Origin: Myxococcota bacterium
GTDB taxonomy: Bacteria > Myxococcota_A > Polyangia > Nannocystales > Nannocystaceae
DNA length: 64,000 bases
Reading direction: 5' to 3'
Assembly: GCA_039028615.1 (NCBI GenBank)
Contig: JBCCHT010000003.1
Span: 256,001 to 320,000, forward strand
This document shows, piece by piece, positions 1 through 7,149 of the stretch; the first letter of the stretch is position 1; each line of letters begins with the position of its first letter. The notes beneath the pieces are model-generated. The model had not been told where the DNA came from, did no database searches, and saw nothing but the letters and a program-made list of their open reading frames with translations. The translations under genes were made by a program, and so were the position numbers.

Positions 1-2
1 GG

Positions 3-1877
3 ATGGCGATGACGCGCGGGACGGCGATCACGGCCACGGCCGAGGTCTTGAGCCCCGACGACCAGGCGGAGTTCGACGACTGGTCTTTCGCGATGTCGGC
101 CGACGCCGACTCCCTGCGCCTGACCAGCGTCGCCAGCCTCACCCCCACCGGGCGGAAGATCTGGGACGCCGCCGCCACGAAGCCGGTCGCCGCGCCCCGG
201 CTTCGCAAAGAGGTCGATGCCTCGCTCACCGTCGCGCTGGACATCGCGGCCGCGCTGGGCGAAGCGAAGGGGCACACCCTGCGGGAGGGATCGTTGGGAG
301 ACCTGGCGCGGACCTTCCAGAACTGCGGCGTGACCTGCCCGATGTTCAGCGCGCTGCGTTGGCCGGCCTCTGCGGTACGGACCCTCGCCCCAGAGGTCAG
401 CAGGACGGGCACCGGGGTCGCGAGCGCACAGCTGGTGATGCCCTCCTCGAGCGAGCCGGCTCGGGTCGCGGTCGCACTGGTCGGCGATGACCTGCCCGCC
501 GCCGAGGTACTGAAAGGGGCAGTCGGAGTGCTGGCGCGCCCGGGTGCGGCCGCCAAAGTCGAGGAAGGAACGCACGCGGGGCATCCGGCCTTGTTGGTCG
601 GCAACGGCATCGAGCCCGCCACCATCTTCGAGCTGGGCGCCGAGTCGCCCGAGCCTCCGGCGCTGCTGCGGGCGCAGGGGCGCCTGCCCGCGGAGCTCGG
701 GGGCGGCTCGCTCCGCTCCGCCATGCACCGAGCTGGCCCCGCGCTGACCTTCGAGTTGGTGTTCGGCCCCGGCAAGCTCCGTTCGTTGCTCGACTACTCG
801 GCGGCGACCTGGGACTCGCCGCTGGGATCGGGAGAGGCCACCAAGGCCAGTCGCTGTCTGCACGAGCTGGCGTGGGTTCTCGTGGACGACGTCAACTCCA
901 TCGCGATGGTGGCGGTCGACCAGCGGGCCACCACGGCCGTGACCGCGGCCGGCAAGATCGGGCCTCTGGTCACCTGTGCCGCCGAAGACCCCCAGCTCGC
1001 AGAGGCGGCACGAGGCTTGGCCTCGCTGATGACCGCGACGATGGCCGGGGCCTTGCTCGAGGTCCCCGACTACCGCGCGGCTCGGGCGGTGTTGCAGACG
1101 GGGTGCCCCGAAGGACGCTCCGACGGGCCCGCGTGCGAGCGACTCGCCGCCATGGCCGATGTCGCGATCCCCACGCTGCAGCAATTCTCGGTGCCCGAGC
1201 AGTGCCGCCCCGAGTACGACCCCGGCTTCGGTATGCCCGTGGTGGTCAACAGCGACGGAATCTTCATCGCGGGGCGCAAGGTCGCCGCCTCGAGCTCGGC
1301 CATTGCGGCGGCGGTGGTCGAGCAGATGAGCATGGACGGACGCAGTGAGAAGGTCGGGTCCACGCTCGCCCTGTGGGTCGAAGGGTCGTTGCCGTTTTCC
1401 GTGGTCGAACCCGTCGTCGCGGCGGCGGCGAGCCTGGACTCCGAGCTGGGGGCGGTGATCAACGACGAGTCCGGTAAGGCGATGCGCGTCGGGTGGGCGC
1501 GAGAGTGGCCGAAGACGGTGAGCATCGACTGGAAGGTCGACCCGACCTACGTGCCCGAAAAACGCTTCGGTGGCGGGCTCTATGACCCCGAGGAGCGAGC
1601 GCCCGGCTCTACCGGGCCCAAGGTGTCGCACACCCTGCTGCAGACCCGCGGCGGCTTGGTGGTGGTGCCTCCCGGGGGAACGACGCTGGCCGTGCCCAAC
1701 TCGTCGGCGCTGTCCGCCTATGTCGACGCGGAGCAATCCGCGGCCGGGCCGGGGCGGACGGTGCAGCTGACGTGGAAGGTCGCGCCCGATGTGCCCTGGA
1801 GCGAAGTGGCCGAGGTGCTCACGCAAACCTGCACCATTTTCGGTGCGGTGGTGCAGACTCCCGCGGGCACTCCATGA
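3..1877 (+). CDS. Hypothetical protein with C-terminal ExbD/TolR-like segments; probably 5'-truncated by the window edge
   Basis: Long ORF with GC3-biased codons. VVVNSDGIFIAGRKV...LWVEGSLPFSVVEPVVAAA and VAPDVPWSEVAEVL resemble ExbD periplasmic domains. Confidence 0.6.
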   Translation: MAMTRGTAITATAEVLSPDDQAEFDDWSFAMSADADSLRLTSVASLTPTGRKIWDAAATKPVAAPRLRKEVDASLTVALDIAAALGEAKGHTLREGSLGDLARTFQNCGVTCPMFSALRWPASAVRTLAPEVSRTGTGVASAQLVMPSSSEPARVAVALVGDDLPAAEVLKGAVGVLARPGAAAKVEEGTHAGHPALLVGNGIEPATIFELGAESPEPPALLRAQGRLPAELGGGSLRSAMHRAGPALTFELVFGPGKLRSLLDYSAATWDSPLGSGEATKASRCLHELAWVLVDDVNSIAMVAVDQRATTAVTAAGKIGPLVTCAAEDPQLAEAARGLASLMTATMAGALLEVPDYRAARAVLQTGCPEGRSDGPACERLAAMADVAIPTLQQFSVPEQCRPEYDPGFGMPVVVNSDGIFIAGRKVAASSSAIAAAVVEQMSMDGRSEKVGSTLALWVEGSLPFSVVEPVVAAAASLDSELGAVINDESGKAMRVGWAREWPKTVSIDWKVDPTYVPEKRFGGGLYDPEERAPGSTGPKVSHTLLQTRGGLVVVPPGGTTLAVPNSSALSAYVDAEQSAAGPGRTVQLTWKVAPDVPWSEVAEVLTQTCTIFGAVVQTPAGTP

Positions 1878-1983
1878 CGCGGTGACTCATCGTCGCGCCT
1901 TCGGGCCCGATGCACTCGGTCGGCGATCATGAACAGGTCGCGGGCGCACGAGTCGTCGGGCTCGATTATTTTCGGCTTCGCAT

Positions 1984-2011
1984 TTGACAAACCAATCCCA
2001 TTGCGTAAGTT
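1984..2011 (+). promoter_or_regulatory. Sigma70-type promoter for the leader/tRNA operon
   Basis: Perfect TTGACA (1984-1989), 16-nt spacer, TAAGTT (2006-2011), in an AT-rich patch of a very GC-rich sequence. Confidence 0.7.
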
Positions 2012-2031
2012 GGCTCGACAGGAAGACGACA

Positions 2032-2145
2032 ATGGTTGCCCACGAGTCCCTCGCCCACGTTTTCGAGTTCTGTCACGCCACGGCGTACGACAGTTCGTCT
2101 TCGTATGCGTACGTGCTCGGCAGTCGATCGTCATCTCGCTGCTAG
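2032..2145 (+). CDS. Putative Ser/Tyr-rich leader peptide, 37 aa: MVAHESLAHVFEFCHATAYDSSSSYAYVLGSRSSSRC
   Basis: Hand-translated (below the ORF-track size cutoff). AGGAAG Shine-Dalgarno-like sequence at 2020-2025. Contains 9 Ser and 3 Tyr codons and lies directly upstream of Ser/Tyr tRNA genes. Confidence 0.75.
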   Translation: MVAHESLAHVFEFCHATAYDSSSSYAYVLGSRSSSRC

Positions 2146-2181
2146 AGCACGTCGTGCACGACGGCCACGGGCCGTTTCGTT
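2111..2181 (+). promoter_or_regulatory. Putative attenuator (alternative hairpins plus weak terminator)
   Basis: ACGTGCTC(2111-18) pairs with GAGCACGT(2145-52). ACGGCC-ACG-GGCCGT(2161-75) is followed by TTCGTT. Competing pairings exist for 2156-2166. Confidence 0.5.
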
Positions 2182-2279
2182 CGCGTCCCCGCCACGGGTG
2201 ACGTAGCCGGACTCGTTCGCGCTGCGCCCGATGGGTCGTCGGTCGTCGAGCGGGCCTCGTCGTGCCCAAAAACCAAAGA

Positions 2280-2363
2280 GGAGGGGTGGCCGAGTGGTAA
2301 GGCAGCGGCTTGCTACGCCGTCGTCTGGTAATGCCAGCGTGGGTTCGACTCCCACCCCCTCCG
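2280..2363 (+). tRNA. tRNA-Ser(GCT)
   Basis: Acceptor GGAGGGG/CCCCTCC with G73; anticodon arm GCGGC-TTGCTAC-GCCGT; long variable arm CTGG/CCAG; T arm GTGGG-TTCGACT-CCCAC; CCA not encoded. Confidence 0.95.
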
Positions 2364-2369
2364 CTCCAT

Positions 2370-2456
2370 GGAAGGTTGGCCGAGCGGTAAGGCACTCGCT
2401 TGGAAAGCGACGGTCCGGTCGAGAGATCGGCGGGGGTTCGACTCCCTCACCTTCCG
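2370..2456 (+). tRNA. tRNA-Ser(GGA)
   Basis: Acceptor GGAAGGT/ACCTTCC with G73; TCGC-TTGGAAA-GCGA; variable arm CCGGTC-GAGA-GATCGG; T loop TTCGACT. Confidence 0.93.
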
Positions 2457-2458
2457 CC

Positions 2459-2541
2459 GGAGGGTTCGGCATTGGCAGGCCAAGCCGCCTTGAACGCGGT
2501 GGGTCCTTCGGGGCCTGGGGGTTCGACTCCCTCACCCTCCG
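2459..2541 (+). tRNA. tRNA-Ser(TGA), atypical D arm
   Basis: Acceptor GGAGGGT/ACCCTCC with G73; GCCGC-CTTGAAC-GCGGT; variable arm with TTCG loop; T arm GGGGG-TTCGACT-CCCTC. Confidence 0.9.
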
Positions 2542-2550
2542 CCCTCATCG

Positions 2551-2636
2551 GGAAGGAATGTCATTTGGTTTGACGCGCAGTTTCGAAAACTGTCGGGGTA
2601 CTGCCCCAGGGGGTTCGATTCCCTCTCCTTCCGCCA
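2551..2636 (+). tRNA. tRNA-Ser(CGA), A at position 8
   Basis: Acceptor GGAAGGA/TCCTTCC with G73 and encoded CCA; D stem GTCA/TGAC; GCAGT-TTCGAAA-ACTGT; variable arm GGGG/CCCC. Confidence 0.92.
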
Positions 2637-2637
2637 C

Positions 2638-2723
2638 CCGCGGGACGCCCATTCGGTAGGGCAGCGGACTGTAAATCCGTGGCGCTTTGGCGCATGCAGG
2701 TTCGAATCCTGCCCCGCGGACCA
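2638..2723 (+). tRNA. tRNA-Tyr(GTA) with C1:G72
   Basis: Acceptor CCGCGGG/CCCGCGG with A73 and encoded CCA; GCGGA-CTGTAAA-TCCGT; variable arm GCGC-TTTG-GCGC; T arm GCAGG-TTCGAAT-CCTGC. Confidence 0.93.
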
Positions 2724-2772
2724 TCCCATCAAAACGTCCGGCCACGGCGAGACCGCGGCGGGTCGTGAGCAC

Positions 2773-2811
2773 GCGGAGGCGGCCGAGTCGACGGGGCTCG
2801 GTCGTCTCCGC
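2773..2811 (+). terminator. Strong stem-loop closing the tRNA array
   Basis: GCGGAGGCGGCCGAG pairs with CTCGGTCGTCTCCGC (15 bp, two G-U pairs on the + strand); no U-tract. Confidence 0.45.
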
Positions 2812-2820
2812 CCGCTGGCT

Positions 2821-2940
2821 GCGTACGAGCAGCATCGCGCCCACGCTCCGGCCGGCGATGCGGGCGTAGGCCTGCTCCCACTCATCGAGCGCGTCGGCGA
2901 ATTGGCCGACGCAGTAGGCGGCCTCGCCCTCCCGGTAGGG
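2821..2940 (-). pseudogene. TPR-like gene remnant
   Basis: Start-less frame PYREGEAAYCVGQFADALDEWEQAYARIAG looks like a TPR helix pair and is preceded in frame by TGA. Confidence 0.4.
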
Positions 2941-2991
2941 GCGCGACGAGAGTGTTCATCGGTAGATTCCGTGGGGCGGCGGCCGTGGGTC

Positions 2992-4668
2992 TCAGCGGGG
3001 TCGACAGGCACGAGTGACGAAGATGTCGGCATCGCCCGCGTTGGGCCCTCCGAGGTCTCCGCGAGAGAACCCGGCCGCGTAGATCTCACCCTGGGGACCG
3101 ATCTCGACGGCCCGAAGCGTGTCGGAGGCAGGTGTACCGAGCAGCTCGACCCACTGCAGCTCGCCCTCGGGGTCGAGCGCGACGATGCTCGCGTCTTCTT
3201 CCCCGACCACGATGCCGTCGCCGAAGTCTCCGAGGCTGTGCCCGACGACGTAGACCGTGCCCTCCGCGTCTACGGCGATGTCGAGGGCGACGTCGTCGAC
3301 GCTGGTGCCGAACTGCGAAGACCACTGCTTTTGTCCGTCGGGGTCGAACTTGACCACGAAGTTGTCCTGGCCTCCGAGGGGGTCCTGCAGGTCGAAAGAC
3401 CCGAGGGTGGTCCCGGTGACGTACACGTTGTTGTCCGCGTCCACGGCGACGCGGGCGGGGTTGTCGTCGGCTTCCCCGCCGACCTGCGCCGCCCACAGCA
3501 GCACGCCATCACCGTCGAACTTGGCGACGAAGGCGTCGCTGCCGCCCCACGCCGTTCGCCCTTCGAAGGACTCGCCCGTGAGCCCGGCGACGATGATGTC
3601 GTCGTTGCCGTCGACGGCCAAGCCGTACGCGACCTGGAACGAGCGGCCACCGAGCTGTCGATTCCAAAGCTCGGTGCCGTCGGTGTCGAGCTTGATGAGC
3701 AGCATGTCGGACGAGCCCGTGTTCGGCGTGCCGTCGTAGCTGCCCGTGGTGTAGCCGGCGAGATAGCCCCGGCCGTTGCTGCTCAGCCCCACCGACTGGA
3801 TGCGGTCTTCCAGCTCGGTGCCGAACTGGAGGGTCCATTCGACGTCTGCGCCCGCGTCATAGCGGACCGCGATCCCGTCCGACATCCCCAGGTGGGTGTG
3901 GCCCTCGAGCGCGCTCTCGGTTCGGCCCGGCACGAGAAAGCTGCCGTCGGCGTCGACCGCGATGTCCTCGCTCATGTCGAAGAGCATCGTGCCGAGCTGG
4001 CGGGAGAACAGCGGGGTGCCGTCGGGCTGGAACTTGCTGACGAAGAGGTCGGAGTCGCCGGCGGAGGCGTTGCCGTCGAGCGGGCCTTCGACGCGACCGG
4101 CGATGTACAGGTCACCCTCGTCGTCGATGGCGATGCCGCGGGCCTCGTCGGAGCCGGGCGTGCCGTACTGGATCCGCCAGCTGTCGCACGCCGGAGCACA
4201 GGTGTCGACGTAGCAGTCGGTGGACTCGCAGTCGCCATCGTCGAGACAGGCTTGGCCCTGCGCGCAGGGCCCACAACCGCCTCCGCAGTCGACGTCGGTC
4301 TCGTCGCCGCTGAGCAGGCCATCGTCGCAGCTGGGCAGGGCGCAGGCGCTGGTGCAGTCGTCGGTCTCGTCGTCGTTGCCGTCGTCGCACTGCTCGCCGG
4401 GGTCGACGACTCCGTCGCCGCAGGTGCCATCCCCGGTGACGTCGGCCTCGGTCTCGAGACCGTCCCCACTATCGTCGGTGAGGACGGATGCTGTCGTGCC
4501 CTCCGACGTCTCCGCGGTCCCCGAGCTGTCGTCCTCGGCGGGCGTGGGCCCCTCGGCGTCGGTGAAGCATCCGCTGGCACTCATCACCCCCGCGAGTGCG
4601 ACGGTGGCCATTCCACGCAGACGTGAGGGGAGCAGATCTTCGAGGTCGAGGCTCGTCGTGGTTTTCAT
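2992..4668 (-). CDS. Lipoprotein with myxococcal Cys-rich repeat and SBBP beta-propeller repeats
   Basis: ASGC lipobox; CGDGVVDPGEQCDDGN; repeated D.FV.KFD.DG...W..Q.G blades. Confidence 0.85.
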   Translation of the reverse strand: MKTTTSLDLEDLLPSRLRGMATVALAGVMSASGCFTDAEGPTPAEDDSSGTAETSEGTTASVLTDDSGDGLETEADVTGDGTCGDGVVDPGEQCDDGNDDETDDCTSACALPSCDDGLLSGDETDVDCGGGCGPCAQGQACLDDGDCESTDCYVDTCAPACDSWRIQYGTPGSDEARGIAIDDEGDLYIAGRVEGPLDGNASAGDSDLFVSKFQPDGTPLFSRQLGTMLFDMSEDIAVDADGSFLVPGRTESALEGHTHLGMSDGIAVRYDAGADVEWTLQFGTELEDRIQSVGLSSNGRGYLAGYTTGSYDGTPNTGSSDMLLIKLDTDGTELWNRQLGGRSFQVAYGLAVDGNDDIIVAGLTGESFEGRTAWGGSDAFVAKFDGDGVLLWAAQVGGEADDNPARVAVDADNNVYVTGTTLGSFDLQDPLGGQDNFVVKFDPDGQKQWSSQFGTSVDDVALDIAVDAEGTVYVVGHSLGDFGDGIVVGEEDASIVALDPEGELQWVELLGTPASDTLRAVEIGPQGEIYAAGFSRGDLGGPNAGDADIFVTRACRPR

Positions 4669-4968
4669 GGGCGGGCGTGCAAGAGCGCGACGCCCTCGCG
4701 AGCCCGTAGGCTGGGATCGCGAGGAGCGTCGCGTTGGGACGTGGGGAGGAAAACACCAAGCGCCATCGCTCGGCTTACCAGGGGGTATGACGACCGCCGG
4801 CCGCTTCTTTCACTCCCCTTCGACTTTTTTGCCGCCGCCGCGGGGTCTCGGCATACTAAAAAAGCACAGCAGTCTCGAAGACTTGCGGTGTTTGGGGGGC
4901 AGGGACCTCGGGCCCTCCCCGACGGTGGCGACCCGCCTGTACGAGCGGGTCGCCCTCGCCGACCGTGC

Positions 4969-7014
4969 TCAGTTGAAGTCGGCGATCGCGATGTTGCGGC
5001 CTGCCCAGTCCCCGTCGGTGGGCAGCGACCAGCGACTACACTGAGACGAGTCGGTCACGCGCCCGATGCAGCCGCTGGTGGGAATGGAGAACGTGCAGAC
5101 CTGCTTGGTCCCGCCCTTGTCGGCGGTGATCTGATAGTTGTCGCCGTCTCCACTGGTGGCGGTGAAGATCGCGTCTCCGGTCGTCGGGTTCACGGGGGTC
5201 GTGCAGGAGCCGGAGCCGTCGCAGCGGTCGATGGTCAGCGTGATGCCCGAGGGAACCCCCACGGTGAAGTTCGCGGCGGTGAAGCCCTTGGGGACCGAGG
5301 CGGTGCAGGTGGCGGTGGGGGGATCGATCCCGGCATCCCCCGCGGCGCAGAACGTGATCTCGTAGTCGGTGGTGTTCTGCCCGCCGCCCGTGGTCGCGCA
5401 GGTGAAGGTCGAGAACGGGTCGTCGAACTGGAAGGCGTAGGCCAGCGGGCACCCCTCCTTGATCGGCTTCAGCACGGGCAGGATGTTGGTGGTCCAATAC
5501 GTGGTGTCGACCCCGTCCACCGCGGCATCCCCCGGCGCCATCGGCATCGCATTACCGTCGAAGGTCCAGTTCTCGAAGCCGCAGCAGGTATCGTTCTTCA
5601 CCGTGGTGTTAGCGTTGAAGCAGCTTCGGCCGGGGCCCTGGTCGGAGATGGAGGTCTGGTTGACGCACTCGGCGTAGGCGAGGGTCTTGGCATCGTTGCA
5701 GGCGATGTTCAGGCTCGCGTTGGCGTAGGTGCTGTTGGCGGCGCAGAACTGGGCGTAGTTCCAATAGCCGATGCGGTCACCGCAGGTGGTCTGCGTGGAG
5801 CCGGCCTTGACGGTGGCTACGGTGAGTCCGCAGGTCGAGCCGGTCGACGCGCTGCTGCAGTCGGCGTCCTTGCTGCACGACGGCGCATTGTCTCCCGGGT
5901 CGGAGTAGACCGCGTTGTAGCCGCTGTCGTCGCTGGCGAAGGTGGTCGAGTAGTCGTTGGCGCACGCAAAGGTGGACAGGTCGTCGTTGCCTTTGATCCC
6001 GTTCTGACTCTGGAAGGTGGTGACCTTGCCGATGGTGCCGCTGTCACCCCCCGCGACCATGCAGCGATAGGGATCGTCGGATTCGTAGTCGAGGTTCGTG
6101 GCCGGGGTGGGGTACATCGCGGCGGGGGCGTTCATGCCGTTGATGTACGAGACGTCGTACCAGTCGTTGTCGTTCTGGAACGTGTACTCGATGAGCGTGG
6201 CGGGGGCGCCCTGCGTGTTGTCGGACAGGCAGTTGCCGCTGACGGTACAGGCACTCTTGGCGAAGAACTTGCCGCTGGCCACGATCGCGCTGGCGTCGGT
6301 CACCGAAAGGTCGATGGACAAGGTCGTGGTGCCGCCCTTGGCGTCGACCTTGCCGTCGTTCGAGAACTGATAGCCCCAGTAGCACTGGTTCGTAGTGCCC
6401 GCGGGTCCACAGATCTGGTTGGCGGGGCAGTCGCCGTTGGTCGAGCAGGTGCACTGGCCCCACTGGTCGGACTTGGTGTCCGTCTCGACCGCGCCGGACT
6501 TGCACTGGGATGCGTCGAGTGTGATGTCGGTGGGGTCGCTCACCGGGAACGTCTTGGCGGTCGTGGTTCCCGGGACGCAGTAGTTGGTCGCCGCATTCTT
6601 GTTGTAACAGATGAAGTCGGCGGCGCAGTTGCCCTGCGCGTTGGCGTCGCTGGGCGTGCACGGGAGCATCGAGGCGTTCGAGCCCACCGAGTCCAGCCAC
6701 AGGTCGAACCCGCATTGGTTGGTGAAGGTCATCGTGCGAGTGGACGCGGCTGCGGTCGCGCCTAGGCCTTCGGCGGCCCCTGCTTTGGTGCTACCCGCCT
6801 TGGCGTCGCCCGACTTGGCGTCGCCCGCTTTGGCGTCCCCGGCCTTGCCCTTGCCCTCCGCCTTGGTCGCCTTGCCGGCGTCACCTTTGCCGGGTCCGTC
6901 TTTGGGCCCGGGGCATCCCAATGCGAGGCACGCGAGAAGCGAAGGAGCGAGGAGGGGGAAGGGCGGGAAGCGACACTCGGCCATGCCGGCAGTATCGAGG
7001 TCGCGGCGCAGCAT
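4969..7014 (-). CDS. Thaumatin-like Cys-rich lipoprotein (alternative start 6984)
   Basis: TFTNQCGFDLW, ATLIEYTF...DWYDVSYING.NAP, CPLAYAFQFDD..STFTC, YEITFC; LALGC lipobox. Confidence 0.85.
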   Translation of the reverse strand: MLRRDLDTAGMAECRFPPFPLLAPSLLACLALGCPGPKDGPGKGDAGKATKAEGKGKAGDAKAGDAKSGDAKAGSTKAGAAEGLGATAAASTRTMTFTNQCGFDLWLDSVGSNASMLPCTPSDANAQGNCAADFICYNKNAATNYCVPGTTTAKTFPVSDPTDITLDASQCKSGAVETDTKSDQWGQCTCSTNGDCPANQICGPAGTTNQCYWGYQFSNDGKVDAKGGTTTLSIDLSVTDASAIVASGKFFAKSACTVSGNCLSDNTQGAPATLIEYTFQNDNDWYDVSYINGMNAPAAMYPTPATNLDYESDDPYRCMVAGGDSGTIGKVTTFQSQNGIKGNDDLSTFACANDYSTTFASDDSGYNAVYSDPGDNAPSCSKDADCSSASTGSTCGLTVATVKAGSTQTTCGDRIGYWNYAQFCAANSTYANASLNIACNDAKTLAYAECVNQTSISDQGPGRSCFNANTTVKNDTCCGFENWTFDGNAMPMAPGDAAVDGVDTTYWTTNILPVLKPIKEGCPLAYAFQFDDPFSTFTCATTGGGQNTTDYEITFCAAGDAGIDPPTATCTASVPKGFTAANFTVGVPSGITLTIDRCDGSGSCTTPVNPTTGDAIFTATSGDGDNYQITADKGGTKQVCTFSIPTSGCIGRVTDSSQCSRWSLPTDGDWAGRNIAIADFN

Positions 7015-7149
7015 TGTCGACGTTCGAGTCCGCGCCCCACCCTTTCGAGTGGGCCTACATCTCAGACCTCGAGTTCAAAATGTGCACTCAATTGGGCCAG
7101 TTTATGAATGCAACAAATGTCGACTGATTTCGGCGACGGCGACGAGGCA

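Noticed and set aside
2459..2541. Possible selenocysteine tRNA, opal suppressor or allo-tRNA
   Set aside because: The anticodon is TGA (reads Ser TCA), not TCA, and the fold is a standard 7/5 acceptor/T stem.
2280..2723. Array as CRISPR-like repeats or a prophage attachment site
   Set aside because: The repeated GGTTCGA and GGCCGAG words are tRNA T/D-arm sequence. No cas, integrase or phage genes, and no duplicated tRNA 3' end, were noticed in the window.
1718..2869. ORF-track ORFs overlapping the promoter, leader and tRNA array
   Set aside because: They overlap well-formed tRNA genes and have Arg/Pro-rich, non-protein-like composition.
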